A stretch of 64,000 bases of DNA, from positions 8,884 to 72,883 of the forward strand of contig CAVRRV010000020.1 of assembly GCA_963723615.1 (NCBI GenBank). Direction: 5' to 3'. A model generated the notes under the pieces. It had not been told where the DNA came from and did not search any database. It saw only the letters and a program-made list of their open reading frames with translations. Shown one piece after another: positions 53,569 to 64,000 of this stretch. This stretch comes from an uncultured Actinomycetota bacterium (GTDB lineage: Bacteria > Actinomycetota > Actinomycetes > Mycobacteriales > Mycobacteriaceae). The first letter of the stretch is position 1; every line of letters begins with the position of its first letter. Position numbers and translations under genes: made by a program.

Positions 53569-54132
53569 CTAGCTCACGGTGACAGTTGCGTCCGCATCGC
53601 CTGTCTTCCAGGTGATCGTGCCGTGCTCGAACGTCGACTTAAGGGTGCCGTCGGGTTCGGTTTGCTCGTCAGCGGTCGGATATCCCAGCTTGCCCTGCGA
53701 AGCCTGGTTCGCATTCCACGCGTCGCGGATCTTGCCCCATACGAAGAAGACCGGGCTCCCAGTCCTGTAAATGAGAACGCCGCCGTCGAACTGCTGGTAG
53801 ACACCGCTGTTGTCCAAGGTCTTTTTCTCGTTGTCGTACGGTGCGCCCAGGTCCTTCTTTTGAGCGTCGGTAAGGGTCTCCCACTTTGCCAGGATGGGCC
53901 CCTCGACCGTGTACGGCGTGCCGTTGGCACCGTTGATCTGCGTCGAGCTCGGTGCCGGCATCGCCATTGAAGTCGACATGGCAGCCGACGACGAGGATGA
54001 CTCAGCTGATGATGATGAGGCAGAACTCGTGGTTTGACCGGACTTGTTGGCCTGATGGCAACCGGCGCCGATCAGCGCGAACACCGCAATTGCGACTGAG
54101 AACGACGCTGTTCTTTTTGTTACCGCGCGCAT
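53569..54132 (-). CDS. LGFP-repeat lipoprotein
   Basis: Signal peptide with lipobox GAGC, Ser-rich linker, LGAP...YQQFDGG and LGYPTADE...STFEHG repeats. Confidence 0.85.
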   Translation of the reverse strand: MRAVTKRTASFSVAIAVFALIGAGCHQANKSGQTTSSASSSSAESSSSSAAMSTSMAMPAPSSTQINGANGTPYTVEGPILAKWETLTDAQKKDLGAPYDNEKKTLDNSGVYQQFDGGVLIYRTGSPVFFVWGKIRDAWNANQASQGKLGYPTADEQTEPDGTLKSTFEHGTITWKTGDADATVTVS

Positions 54133-54234
54133 TTCTTCCTCTCGAATACTTTTCGAATTGCAAGGACTCGCCGCTGTCGACGTGCCCTAATTTCGATGCT
54201 ATGCCGATCCGATCTTGTTCGGCGCAAAATCGCG

Positions 54235-55392
54235 ATGACCCGCGTCAGCAAATGGCAACGCTTTGCGCAACGGTCGGCCGACGTTCAAGTGCGTGCCACC
54301 GAGTGGCCCACGCAACTATCGCCGCGCGTCGCCGCGAAGCTCACAGTGGGCGACGCCCAATTACCCGATACCCTCAGCACCGTGAAGTCATCCGACTGGC
54401 GTGATCGACCCGAGACGTCGCACTTCGGGCCGGCGTCGTGGCAGTCCAGCCTGCTCGCCCTGCTGACCGCGATCTTCGTGCGGCCGGTGCTGGCCACCTT
54501 GACCGTCATCGGCATCGTGATCAATCGCTTGAGCCCTGACACGCTGCAACGGGCCCGGCTGGACGTAATCGACAGGCCGCTTCGGCTGATTCCGCCGCTG
54601 CCGGACACCGACGTCACGCGCGTCGCCCTGCCGCACTGCCCGGCCGAATGGGTGGTCGCCCCGCAGGCTCGCGGATCCCAGTCGCTCGTCCTCTATTTTC
54701 ACGGTTCGGCGCTGGTGACCCTCGGGCTCAATTCGCACCGGCGGTTCGTCAGCAGACTGTCCGCCGCGACCGGCGCGCAAGTGTTCAACGTCGGCTATCG
54801 GCTGGCGCCGCAGGCCAGCATCGAAGAAGCCGTTGCCGACGGGTTGGACGCTTACCGCTATGTGCTGTCGCGGGGATTCGCCCCCGAGCGCATCGTGCTG
54901 GCCGGTGATTCGGCGGGTGGCCTGCTGGCCGCCGACGTTGCGCTCGCAGCGCGGGACGCCGGGCTGCCGGTGCCGGCCGGGCAGGCCCTGATGTCACCGC
55001 TGACGTCAGCGGACATGAGTCTGAAATACCGGGCGCTTAAAGATCACCGCGACGTGATGTTTCCGTTCATGACCGTGAAATTCATCTACGACGTGTTCGC
55101 CACCGTCAACGGCACCCGCCCGCCGCCGCTGATGCCGCCAGAGGCCGACCTGCGTGGCCTCGGGCCGTTCCTGCTGCAGGTCGGCACCCACGAGATGCTG
55201 CTCAACGACACGTTCGCGCTTGCCGAGCGGCTGCGTGCGCACAACATCCCGGTCTGGGTGCAGGAGTGGCACAAAGCCATGCACATGTTCCAGCTCGGCT
55301 TCGACATCAACCCCGATGCCCGCCGCGCGGTCGATGAAGTCGCCGCGTTCATCCGCTACGCGACGGCGGTGCAGGACGAAGTCAGCGCCTAG
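54235..55392 (+). CDS. HSL-family alpha/beta hydrolase (Lip family)
   Basis: YFHGSA, YRLAP, GDSAGG nucleophile motif, HMFQ; start uncertain. Confidence 0.88.
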   Translation: MTRVSKWQRFAQRSADVQVRATEWPTQLSPRVAAKLTVGDAQLPDTLSTVKSSDWRDRPETSHFGPASWQSSLLALLTAIFVRPVLATLTVIGIVINRLSPDTLQRARLDVIDRPLRLIPPLPDTDVTRVALPHCPAEWVVAPQARGSQSLVLYFHGSALVTLGLNSHRRFVSRLSAATGAQVFNVGYRLAPQASIEEAVADGLDAYRYVLSRGFAPERIVLAGDSAGGLLAADVALAARDAGLPVPAGQALMSPLTSADMSLKYRALKDHRDVMFPFMTVKFIYDVFATVNGTRPPPLMPPEADLRGLGPFLLQVGTHEMLLNDTFALAERLRAHNIPVWVQEWHKAMHMFQLGFDINPDARRAVDEVAAFIRYATAVQDEVSA

Positions 55393-55404
55393 CCTGCCCG
55401 GGTT

Positions 55405-56988
55405 TCAGTGGGCGAAGTGCCGCGCGCCGGTCAGGTAAAGCGTCACGCCGGCGTTCGCCGCCGCGGCGGTGACCTCGTCGTCGCGTACCGACCCGCCCGG
55501 ATGCACGATCGCCGTGACGCCCGCGGCGGCCAGCGTCTCCAGGCCGTCCGGGAACGGGAAGAACGCATCAGAGGCCGCGACCGCCCCCTGGACCCGATCA
55601 CCGCCACGCTCGACCGCCAGCCGTGCCGCGTCGACGCGGTTGACCTGGCCCATACCGATGCCGATGGTGGCGCCACCGCCGGCGATGACGATCGCGTTGG
55701 ATTTGACCGCACGGCAGGTGCGCCACGCGAAGGCCAGATCCGCCAGTGTGGCAGGGTCAGCCGCGGAACCGGCGGCCAGCGTCCAGTTCGCCGGGTTGTC
55801 GCCCTGCGCGTCGATACGATCGCGTTCCTGCATCAACAGCCCGCCGCTGATCTGACGTCGCTCGGTGCCCTCACCCATCGGCTCGGATGCCACCAGCACG
55901 CGGATGTTCTTCTTGCGTGCCAACAAGTCGACCGCGCCCGGCGCGTAGGCGGGCGCCACGATCACCTCGGTGAAAATCGTGCTCACGTACTCGGCCATCT
56001 CCACGCTGACCTCGGTGTTGGCCGCGATCACTCCACCGAACGCACTGAGCGGATCGCATTCGTGGGCCTTGCGGTGCGCGCCGGCAACCGAAGCCGACGA
56101 GATCGCGATCCCACACGGGTTGGCGTGCTTGATGATCGCCACGCAGGTCTGCTCGTGGTCGAAGGCAGCCCGCCAGGCCGCGTCGGCGTCGGTGAAGTTG
56201 TTGTACGACATCTCTTTTCCGTGCAGCTGCTCGGCCTGCGCCAGGCCGGGCCACGCGCCGTCATCGACGTAGAGCGCCGCCTGTTGATGCGGATTCTCCC
56301 CGTAGCGCAGCAGGGCCGAGCGTCGCCACGTCCCGGCGAACCACTCCGGGAGCGCCTGCGCCGGCTGCTCGGGTGCCAACGTCGACTCCATCCAGCCGGC
56401 AACCGCGACGTCGTACTCGGCAGTGTGCCGAAACGCCAACGACGCCAACTTCTTTCGCTCGGTGAGGGTAAATCCGCCGCTGCGCACCGCGGCCAGCACA
56501 CCGTCATAGCCGAGCGGGTCGGTCACCACCGCCACGCTCGGATGGTTCTTGGCCGCCGCACGGACCATCGATGGCCCGCCGATGTCGATCTGCTCGATGC
56601 ACTCGTCGACGCTCGCACCGGAGTCCACCGTCTCGCTGAACGGGTACAAGTTGACCACCACCAGCTCGAACGCCGCGATCCCGAGTTGCTCGAGCGCCGC
56701 GGCATGCTCCGGTTTCCGCAAGTCGGCCAGCAGGCCGGCGTGCACGCTGGGATGCAGGGTCTTGACCCGGCCGTCGAGCACCTCAGGAAAACCAGTGACC
56801 TGTTCCACCGAGGTCACCGGAATTCCTTTATCGGCAATGGTTTTCGCGGTCGATCCGGTCGATACGATGTCGACACCGGCGGCGTGCAGGCCGGCGGCGA
56901 GTTCGACGAGCCGGGTCTTGTCGTACACGCTGATCAATGCGCGGCGGATCGGCCTTCTCCCTGATTCCTGCCGGTCGTCGCTGCTCAT
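55405..56988 (-). CDS. purH: Bifunctional AICAR transformylase/IMP cyclohydrolase
   Basis: [34 protein letters not shown]. Confidence 0.98.
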   Translation of the reverse strand: MSSDDRQESGRRPIRRALISVYDKTRLVELAAGLHAAGVDIVSTGSTAKTIADKGIPVTSVEQVTGFPEVLDGRVKTLHPSVHAGLLADLRKPEHAAALEQLGIAAFELVVVNLYPFSETVDSGASVDECIEQIDIGGPSMVRAAAKNHPSVAVVTDPLGYDGVLAAVRSGGFTLTERKKLASLAFRHTAEYDVAVAGWMESTLAPEQPAQALPEWFAGTWRRSALLRYGENPHQQAALYVDDGAWPGLAQAEQLHGKEMSYNNFTDADAAWRAAFDHEQTCVAIIKHANPCGIAISSASVAGAHRKAHECDPLSAFGGVIAANTEVSVEMAEYVSTIFTEVIVAPAYAPGAVDLLARKKNIRVLVASEPMGEGTERRQISGGLLMQERDRIDAQGDNPANWTLAAGSAADPATLADLAFAWRTCRAVKSNAIVIAGGGATIGIGMGQVNRVDAARLAVERGGDRVQGAVAASDAFFPFPDGLETLAAAGVTAIVHPGGSVRDDEVTAAAANAGVTLYLTGARHFAH

Positions 56989-57614
56989 CCGATAGTCGCC
57001 TTTCGTCCGATCCAGGTCACGCCGCCGGTCGCCACCGCGGCTATCACATCCACCAACAACCGTCGTTCGGTGACCTTGATGCGCTCATGCAGGGTCTCCT
57101 CGTCGTCATCGTCGAGCACCGGAATGGGTTGTTGGGCCAGTATCGGGCCGGTGTCGGTGCCGGCGTCCACCAGGTGCACCGTGCAGCCGGTGACCTTCAC
57201 ACCGTGGGCCAGCGCATCGGCTACCCCGTGCGCGCCGGGAAATGCCGGCAGCAGTGTCGGATGCGTGTTGAGGATACGTCCCTGGAACTTCGAAAGAAAC
57301 TGTTTTCCAAGGATTTTCATGAATCCAGCCGAGACCACGAGGTCGGGCGAATGTGCTGCGGCAGCCTCGGTGAGCGCGGCGTCCCAGGCATCGCGGTCGG
57401 GGTGGTCGGCCAGCCGAACTCTGAAGGTCGGCAAGGTCGCCGCGGCCGCGATTTCGGCGGCCGGGCAGTCGCGGTCCACGCCAACGGCGATCACCCGCGC
57501 CGGATAGTCACCGACGGCGGCGTCCAGCAAGGACGCCAGCAGCGAACCGGTACCCGACGCCAGCACCACCAATCGTGCCGGTGCGCTGGGAGGCACGCGG
57601 AACGGTTGCTGCAC
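56985..57614 (-). CDS. purN: Phosphoribosylglycinamide formyltransferase
   Basis: [29 protein letters not shown]. Confidence 0.97.
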   Translation of the reverse strand: MQQPFRVPPSAPARLVVLASGTGSLLASLLDAAVGDYPARVIAVGVDRDCPAAEIAAAATLPTFRVRLADHPDRDAWDAALTEAAAAHSPDLVVSAGFMKILGKQFLSKFQGRILNTHPTLLPAFPGAHGVADALAHGVKVTGCTVHLVDAGTDTGPILAQQPIPVLDDDDEETLHERIKVTERRLLVDVIAAVATGGVTWIGRKATIG

Positions 57615-57630
57615 AGGGCGAGCCTAACTG

Positions 57631-59028
57631 TCAGTCCGGCGACGGTGCGGGCCGGTCGCCGGCCCGAGGTGGGGGCACCTCCCGCGTGCGGGGGCGAGGC
57701 GGACCATCAGACCCGTCCGAGTCCGTCGGCGACGCCTCGACGACGATGTCAGGGTCGTCGCCATCCGACTCGACTAAGTCGGGGTCGTCGTCCTCGGGCT
57801 CAGTGACCGGCTCGTCGACCGGAACGTTCGGTTCAACGACCGGCTCTGCGACAGGCTGCGCGGCCCGTACCGGCCTCGGCTTCATCGGCCGGTATCGGAT
57901 CCCGCCGGCCATCGCGACGGTGACGGCGCCGACGATGGCGAACCACAGAAACACCGCGAACCCGAAAGTGCCCTGGTCGATTCCGACGCCTCCGAAGTTG
58001 CCCAACTGGCCGCTGCCGGCGTAACCGAGCAGTGCCATGGTCAGCGCCGCCGCCAAGGCCGCAACCCCCAACTTCGCCATCGCCGCATGGATCGGCAACG
58101 GCCGGCGCGCACATTGCTGTCCCACCGCGACCCCCGACGATGCGCCGACGATGAGCAGCGCAACCCAGGCCGGCCCCAGCGGCGGATTGGGGGCCGCGGC
58201 CAGCACCGGCAGCGCCGGGATGTCTCCGCCGAAGACGGTGAACGAGCTGAACGTCGCAAAACCCAGATGAGCGCTGGATCCCACTGCCATCGCCGCGGTC
58301 CCGACGATCACGTTGGGCACGTACAGCATCGACAGCAGGGTCAGGCTGAACTGGCCGAAAATCGAATCGGTGATCGTGTACAGCTCGTGCATCGTCCCCC
58401 AATGCACGATCAGCGAGCCGGCCGTGAGCACACCCGACAGCCCGAGCAGGGCCAGCACGCCTGCCGTCGCGGCCCGCAGCGAATCGGGCAGCCAGTCCGG
58501 CAGCGACGACGCCCCGAGGGCCCGGCGGCCAACCCGAGAGCCGACACCGATGGACGCGCCGATGGCATGGACTATCAGCACGCTCATGAAGGCACGCAAC
58601 GCGCTCGGTGTCTGCAGTTCGGTGATCACCGATGCCGCGTCGTGGATGACCGCCAGCGAGATGGCGGCGATCAACAGCGGTCCGCCCAATGCCGACGCGA
58701 CGATCCACCGGATGACGAACCAGGACGCCGTCACCGGGGTGGCGTGCGCGGTGGTGCGTGCAGTGCCCCACACCATCAGCAGTACCGGCAACAGCGGCAT
58801 CACACCCAGTTCGCGGCCGCCGATCGAGATCGGCACCTGATGCACGCCGAGCCACATGCTGGCGATCGCACCCGACGCGCCGGTCATGTCGCTGTTGGCG
58901 ATCACCAGCTGCAGCAGCGTCACTGCCGCGATGACAACCAATGCCACCAGTGCGGGGCCGAACGCGACCCGCAGTAGGTCGCGGGCCTGGCGGGCGCCCG
59001 CCGTTCGACTGTCCTGCACCCGCGTCAC
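57631..59028 (-). CDS. perM: Cell-division membrane protein PerM (Rv0955)
   Basis: About 10 transmembrane segments, [18 protein letters not shown]; synteny upstream of purN. Confidence 0.88.
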   Translation of the reverse strand: MTRVQDSRTAGARQARDLLRVAFGPALVALVVIAAVTLLQLVIANSDMTGASGAIASMWLGVHQVPISIGGRELGVMPLLPVLLMVWGTARTTAHATPVTASWFVIRWIVASALGGPLLIAAISLAVIHDAASVITELQTPSALRAFMSVLIVHAIGASIGVGSRVGRRALGASSLPDWLPDSLRAATAGVLALLGLSGVLTAGSLIVHWGTMHELYTITDSIFGQFSLTLLSMLYVPNVIVGTAAMAVGSSAHLGFATFSSFTVFGGDIPALPVLAAAPNPPLGPAWVALLIVGASSGVAVGQQCARRPLPIHAAMAKLGVAALAAALTMALLGYAGSGQLGNFGGVGIDQGTFGFAVFLWFAIVGAVTVAMAGGIRYRPMKPRPVRAAQPVAEPVVEPNVPVDEPVTEPEDDDPDLVESDGDDPDIVVEASPTDSDGSDGPPRPRTREVPPPRAGDRPAPSPD

Positions 59029-59085
59029 GCTTCGCGCACGCTGACTACCAGGTCGCCTGAGCCCGCCGCGCCCGAGAGCGCACCG

Positions 59086-59925
59086 TTAGGACTGTGACGG
59101 GCCCGACGGGGAGGACGGCGCCGGTGGCTGCTGACCCTGGCCGTACGAGTGCTGGCCGTGGCCGGAACCGCCATGGTCCGCGGAGTCTCCCTGACCCGGG
59201 GCGCCGGAACCGGACGACGGCGGCGGGCTGAAGCTGGGGAAACCCGTTGGCGGGGTGGGTGATCCTTGTTGTTGCCCTTGCGGCGAGTTGTGCTGCGGTC
59301 CGGGCTGCGCGCTGAAGCCGCCGGTCGAGGGCCCCGATGGATAGCCGCCGTACTGGGTCCCGAATCCGGACTGCTGGTAAGGAGGCTGCTGCTGGCCGTA
59401 GTAGCCGTACTGTCCGTAATGCCCGTACTGCTCGTACTTGGGCCGCGGCGCCGGCGGAGTGATAACGCCGGCATCCAGCAAGAGCGCGCTGACCGCGAGT
59501 GTGGCCTGAACCACGCCCGAGCCCACTGCGATCCACAGCGCCCAGCCTCGGCCGGACGCGCCGATGGTGTCCTCGATCAGCAGTAACCCGCCGAGTACGG
59601 CGACCGCGGCCACTACCGCGGAAAAGTTCTTGGCCTTAGGCAACAAACTCACCCCGGCCAGCAGCCCCGCCAGCAATGCCAGGTCAACCGGCAAGGTGCT
59701 GCCGCTTTCGACAAGCTCGTCACCGTTAGGAAGGATGCGGGTGATCATCGGGCCGTAGCTCACCAGGTAGATCGCCAAGCCGAGAGCCAGCACCCCAATG
59801 GCCAGATAAGCCTTCAGATTGCTCTCACCGTCACCGGATTTCGTGAACGACGGTGTGGCGGTGGCCCCGTAGGAGGCGGGCGACTGCGCGGGCGGATATC
59901 CGGGATTGCCGGGCGGGTAGGTCAT
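59086..59925 (-). CDS. Rv0954 homologue (DUF5336 membrane protein)
   Basis: MTYPPGNPGYP start, four transmembrane helices, Gln/Gly/Pro-rich tail; synteny. Confidence 0.85.
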   Translation of the reverse strand: MTYPPGNPGYPPAQSPASYGATATPSFTKSGDGESNLKAYLAIGVLALGLAIYLVSYGPMITRILPNGDELVESGSTLPVDLALLAGLLAGVSLLPKAKNFSAVVAAVAVLGGLLLIEDTIGASGRGWALWIAVGSGVVQATLAVSALLLDAGVITPPAPRPKYEQYGHYGQYGYYGQQQPPYQQSGFGTQYGGYPSGPSTGGFSAQPGPQHNSPQGQQQGSPTPPTGFPSFSPPPSSGSGAPGQGDSADHGGSGHGQHSYGQGQQPPAPSSPSGPSQS

Positions 59926-60183
59926 GGCTTCTCCTGTGCCTTCCAGTGCTGTTGCGGCGCCACTGTCATGCGGCGCTGGTATTCCCGCGCGCCGCTCCTC
60001 GCGAGGCTACCTCGCACCACTCGGTGAACGCCGTGGCGGCGGCTAGCGCGGGCTTTACGACGCGAGCCGATCATCCACGCTAGCGCACCTCGGGCGGTAG
60101 GCGGCGCGGACCTCGAAGTGATGTCGGCGCTTGTAGCGACCCCGGCGCTTGCCCGCAAGATTGGAACACGTTCTAATTCATCC

Positions 60184-61032
60184 ATGGACTACGGGCTTGT
60201 GCTGTTCACCAGCGATCGCGGTATCACCCCGGCGGCGGCTGCCACGCTTGCCGACAACCACGGGTTTCGGACTTTCTACGTACCCGAACATACCCACATC
60301 CCGGTCAAGCGTCAGGCTGCCCACCCGACGACGGGTGACGCGTCGCTGCCCGACGACCGCTACATGCGCACGCTGGACCCGTGGGTCAGCCTCGGGGCGG
60401 CGTGCGCGGTCACCTCGCGGGTGCGGCTGTCCACCGCAGTAGCGCTGCCGGTCGAGCACGATCCGATCACGCTGGCGAAATCTATCGCGACCCTCGACCA
60501 CCTATCCGGCGGGCGAGTCAGCCTGGGCGTCGGGTTCGGCTGGAACACCGACGAACTCGCGGACCACGGCGTGCCGGCCGGGCGGCGCCGCACCATGCTG
60601 CGTGAATACATCGAGGCGATGCGGCAGTTGTGGACCCAGGAAGAAGCGTCCTACGAAGGCGAATTCGTCAACTTCGGCCGCAGCTGGGCCTGGCCCAAGC
60701 CGATGCAGGCGCATATCCCGGTGCTGGTGGGGGCCGCAGGCACCGAGAAGAACTTCACGTGGATAGCGCGCAGTGCCGACGGCTGGATCACCACTCCTCG
60801 CGACTTCGACATCGACGAGCCGGTGAAGTTGCTGCAGGACACCTGGGCGGCCGCCGGTCGGGAAGGCGCGCCGCAGATCGTGGCTCTGGACTTCAAGCCG
60901 GTGCCCGAGAAGTTGGCGCACTGGGCCGAACTCGGGGTGACCGAGGTGTTATTCGGATTGCCCGACCGGTCGGAAGATGAGGTCGCCGCATATGTGGAGC
61001 GATTGGCCGGCAAACTCGCCGCGGCGGTCTAG
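60184..61032 (+). CDS. LLM-class F420-dependent oxidoreductase (Rv0953c)
   Basis: MDYGLVLFTSDR, PEHTHIP, LDHLSGGR, GFGWN. Confidence 0.92.
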   Translation: MDYGLVLFTSDRGITPAAAATLADNHGFRTFYVPEHTHIPVKRQAAHPTTGDASLPDDRYMRTLDPWVSLGAACAVTSRVRLSTAVALPVEHDPITLAKSIATLDHLSGGRVSLGVGFGWNTDELADHGVPAGRRRTMLREYIEAMRQLWTQEEASYEGEFVNFGRSWAWPKPMQAHIPVLVGAAGTEKNFTWIARSADGWITTPRDFDIDEPVKLLQDTWAAAGREGAPQIVALDFKPVPEKLAHWAELGVTEVLFGLPDRSEDEVAAYVERLAGKLAAAV

Positions 61033-61058
61033 CCGCTGAAACCGATCGGAGCCGCATC

Positions 61059-61460
61059 GTGACAGCCCGAAACGAGCAAGGCCGGCACTTTCCCTATCGC
61101 TACGAGCCCCGTCTGGCCCCGATCTGGCTGCCGTTTCGGGCGTGGCCCGGCACCCAGGGCGTCACCGTGACCGACGACGGCCGTCTGGTCGCCCGTTACG
61201 GACCATTTCATGTCGACGCGCCGCTATCGCAGGTTCAGGATGCGCATATCAGCGGCCCTTATCGATGGTGGACCGCCGCGGGCGCCCGGCTGTCAATGGT
61301 CGACGACGGACTCACGTTCGGCACCAACGCGACCGAAGGGGTGTGCATCCACTTCGAGCCGCGCATTCACCGCGTGCTGGGTCTGCGCGACCATTCGGCG
61401 CTCACCGTGACGGTCGCGGACACCCAAGGCTTGGTCGCCGCGATCAAGGACGCCGTCTAG
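61059..61460 (+). CDS. Conserved actinobacterial hypothetical protein
   Basis: GPYRWWTAAGARLS...DDGLTFGTN pattern; fills the gap between genes. Confidence 0.7.
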   Translation: MTARNEQGRHFPYRYEPRLAPIWLPFRAWPGTQGVTVTDDGRLVARYGPFHVDAPLSQVQDAHISGPYRWWTAAGARLSMVDDGLTFGTNATEGVCIHFEPRIHRVLGLRDHSALTVTVADTQGLVAAIKDAV

Positions 61461-62990
61461 TCAGCCGAGCGAGCACCGGTTGCCGTAGTCGAACGCGCGC
61501 ACGACGACGGAATGTCCCAGTGGCTCGCCGTCGGTGAGCAGCGCGATCAAATCGTCGTCCTCGGTGGTCGCCAAGAACCGGCTGTCGTCGGCGTCGAGCC
61601 GGCCGATGATGATCCCGGTCGGCCGACCGCCGTCGCGCCGGACCGTGTAAGTCTCGACGGTGCCTGGCCCCTCGGCGTGTTCGGTCACCGGCTGGGCGGG
61701 CGCCTGGGCCACCTGGGCTTGCAGTTCCGCACTGCGGTCCGGTTTCCATTCCGCCGGAGTCGCCGAGTAAATCCCGACCGAGTACTTGCTCAGGATGCCG
61801 CCGTTGGCGCCCACCAGACCGAATTGCCCTGGCGCGCTTCGGCATTTGGCGATCGTCTCGGCGACGCCGTGCATCGAGTAGTTGTTGCCTGCGCCGCCGA
61901 AGAACGGCAGGCCGCCGGTCAGGGTCAGCCCGCGCGGGTCGTTCATCGCAAGTCCCACGCCGTCGCAGATGTTGAAGACCGGCACCGGGAAGCAGCTGTA
62001 CAGATCGAAAGTGGCGACGTCGTCGATGCCGATGCCGGCGACCGCCAGCGCTTCGCGCACCGCGGTCACCGCCGAGGGGGCGTGCCCGAGATCTGGCCGA
62101 TCCAGCAGACTCTGCTCTTCCATATCGGCGTGCCCGTGCAGGAACACCCAGTTATCTTCAGCCACACCGAGTTTGCGCGCGGCCTCAACCGACATCAACA
62201 GCGCGGCCGCGCCCTGGTTCACCTGATCGCGGGCGACCAGCAGCCGCGGGTACGGCTCGGATATCATCCGGTTGCGCTCGGTGACGGTGATCAGTTCGTC
62301 GACGCTGCGTTCGACCGGCGCAGCGGCAAAGGGGTTTTCGGCGGCCACCTTGGTGAACGGCGCGAACAGCTCGCCCATTCGCCGCAGGTAATCGGCGGGC
62401 CCGAGGCCGGTCCCGGCCCGCCGGGCATTCTCCAGCAGCCCGTATTGGGTGGGCGCGTCGACTAAGCCGTGAATGACCGTGTAGCGGCTGATAAGCCCGT
62501 CCAGGCCGTGGCCGCGGTCTTCCAGTGAACCGTCGACGGTTTCGGTGAAGTCCGGCCGGTTGTCCGACCCGGTGAAGTAGCGGTTGGTCGAGGTGGCGTC
62601 CGAACCGAAGACCAACGCGACCTCCGAGCGGCCAGCAGCGATCTCACCGGCCAGTTCGGTGATCAGGTGCTGCGGGCCCTGGCCGCCGACGACCTCCAGG
62701 ATGGCGCGGGCGGGGTCTGCGGCGATCCGGCTAGTCACCGACCGCGGGTAGTTGTTCGACTTACCCAACACCGCCTTGGCCGGCCCCGAGATCTCGAATT
62801 GCCTTATGCCGGCGACGGTGTCGATCGACGCGGCTACCTTGGCGGCATCGGCGCCACAATCTTCGAGAGCCGCGCGGGCACCGGCTGCCGCCAGTTCGAC
62901 GGCCGACATTCCCCGGTAATACGCGTCGTCAATACGTTCTGCGGCCTGCCCAACGCCGACGACGACCGGCGTGCGCGCGTCGACACCCAT
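61461..62990 (-). CDS. Acetyl-CoA acetyltransferase-like (thiolase fold) protein
   Basis: TPVVVGVGQ, DLYSCFP, TGGLPFFGGAGNNYSMH. Confidence 0.88.
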   Translation of the reverse strand: MGVDARTPVVVGVGQAAERIDDAYYRGMSAVELAAAGARAALEDCGADAAKVAASIDTVAGIRQFEISGPAKAVLGKSNNYPRSVTSRIAADPARAILEVVGGQGPQHLITELAGEIAAGRSEVALVFGSDATSTNRYFTGSDNRPDFTETVDGSLEDRGHGLDGLISRYTVIHGLVDAPTQYGLLENARRAGTGLGPADYLRRMGELFAPFTKVAAENPFAAAPVERSVDELITVTERNRMISEPYPRLLVARDQVNQGAAALLMSVEAARKLGVAEDNWVFLHGHADMEEQSLLDRPDLGHAPSAVTAVREALAVAGIGIDDVATFDLYSCFPVPVFNICDGVGLAMNDPRGLTLTGGLPFFGGAGNNYSMHGVAETIAKCRSAPGQFGLVGANGGILSKYSVGIYSATPAEWKPDRSAELQAQVAQAPAQPVTEHAEGPGTVETYTVRRDGGRPTGIIIGRLDADDSRFLATTEDDDLIALLTDGEPLGHSVVVRAFDYGNRCSLG

Positions 62991-62995
62991 CCGGC

Positions 62996-63898
62996 TTACA
63001 GGCTCTCCAGGATGTGCCGGGCGAGCGCGGCGGTTTCCGAGGGTGTCTTGCCGACCTTGACGCCGGCCGCTTCCAAGGCCTCCTTCTTGGCGGCGGCGGT
63101 GCCCGACGAGCCGGACACAATTGCGCCTGCGTGGCCCATCGTCTTGCCCTCCGGCGCAGTGAATCCGGCGACATAGCCGACGACCGGCTTGGACACGTTC
63201 GCCTTGATGTAGTCGGCCGCACGCTCCTCGGCGTCACCGCCGATCTCACCGATCATCACGATGACCTTGGTGTCGGGATCCTTCTCGAATGCCTCGATCG
63301 CGTCGATGTGGGTGGTGCCGATCACTGGGTCGCCACCGATGCCGATCGACGTCGAGAACCCGAAATCGCGCAGCTCGTACATCATTTGGTAGGTCAGCGT
63401 GCCGGACTTGGACACCAGCCCGACGGGTCCCGCGCCGGTGATGTTGGCAGGCGTGATGCCCACCAGCGCCTGACCCGGGGTGATGATGCCGGGACAGTTC
63501 GGGCCGATAATGCGGGTCTTGCCACCCTTGGAGAGGTTGTAGGCCCAGGCATATGCGCTGTCCTGCACCGGGATTCCCTCGGTGATGACCACCAGCAGCC
63601 GGATCTCGGCGTCGATGGCCTCGATGATGGCGTCTTTGGCGAACTTCGGCGGCACGAAGATGATCGACACGTCGGCGCCAGTCTCCTCCATCGCTTCCGC
63701 GACGCTGCCGAACACCGGCAGCTCGACGCCTTGGCCGTCTTTGTTCGTATGCGTGACTACAGTGCCCGCCTTGCGCGCGTTCACGCCGCCGACGATTTGA
63801 GTGCCCGCCTTGAGCATTCGGGCGGTGTGGATGGTGGCCTCGCCACCGGTGATGCCCTGAACGATGACCTTGTTGTCTTTGGTGAGAAAGATTGCCAT
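62996..63898 (-). CDS. sucD: Succinyl-CoA synthetase alpha subunit
   Basis: [23 protein letters not shown] phospho-His loop. Confidence 0.98.
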   Translation of the reverse strand: MAIFLTKDNKVIVQGITGGEATIHTARMLKAGTQIVGGVNARKAGTVVTHTNKDGQGVELPVFGSVAEAMEETGADVSIIFVPPKFAKDAIIEAIDAEIRLLVVITEGIPVQDSAYAWAYNLSKGGKTRIIGPNCPGIITPGQALVGITPANITGAGPVGLVSKSGTLTYQMMYELRDFGFSTSIGIGGDPVIGTTHIDAIEAFEKDPDTKVIVMIGEIGGDAEERAADYIKANVSKPVVGYVAGFTAPEGKTMGHAGAIVSGSSGTAAAKKEALEAAGVKVGKTPSETAALARHILESL

Positions 63899-63912
63899 GT
63901 CGTGCAGTCCTT

Positions 63913-64000
63913 TCAGGCGCTCGCCAGCGCGGCGGCTTTGTCGGCGGCCTCGTCCATCGTCGGCACCACCGTTACCAGCGGATGGTTGGCCTCGGCCAGG
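63913..64000 (-). CDS. sucC: 3' end of succinyl-CoA synthetase beta subunit (partial)
   Basis: [28 protein letters not shown] directly upstream of sucD. Confidence 0.9.
   Translation of the reverse strand, partial: LAEANHPLVTVVPTMDEAADKAAALASA

Noticed and set aside
59150-59460. Gln/Gly/Tyr/Pro repeats in the Rv0954 tail as a possible prion-like or repeat system
   Set aside because: A known low-complexity tail of this conserved core gene.

Overview
High-GC (non-tuberculous) Mycobacterium chromosome segment in two parts. The right part (about 28.6-64 kb) is core genome, syntenic in reverse with M. tuberculosis Rv0951-Rv0996: sucC/sucD, F420 LLM oxidoreductase, Rv0954, perM, purN/purH, Mg-chelatase-like ATPase/vWA pair, echA7-fadE12-accA2-accD2-fadE13-atuA-like operon, rpmF, mprAB-pepD-moaB2, mscL, a CIRCE-controlled Rv0991c/Rv0990c pair, galU-moeA-rimJ-glpR and tRNA-Ala(CGC). 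The left part (1-28.6 kb) is accessory DNA downstream of that tRNA. It holds three partial copies of the tRNA 3' end, each with conserved attP-like flanks and (for two) 11-bp-period arm repeats. These delimit three short, integrase-less cargo islets: a diiron hydrolase plus membrane protein; an MpaB-type oxygenase plus AveC-like protein plus epoxide hydrolase; and a cyclase-STAND-TPR protein plus an orphan. Further left are an orphan PD-(D/E)xK nuclease, a TetR-P450-M24-M24-crotonase-CoA-transferase-SDR operon in which three genes appear collapsed to short mini-ORFs, an AKR/SDR/THI5-like/SnoaL cluster and a GGDEF-EAL/TetR/PAS module. Two apparent single-base frameshifts are seen (GGDEF-EAL C-terminus; Rv0991c-Rv0990c fusion). 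Family assignments are from motif recognition and recalled homology only; no searches were run.
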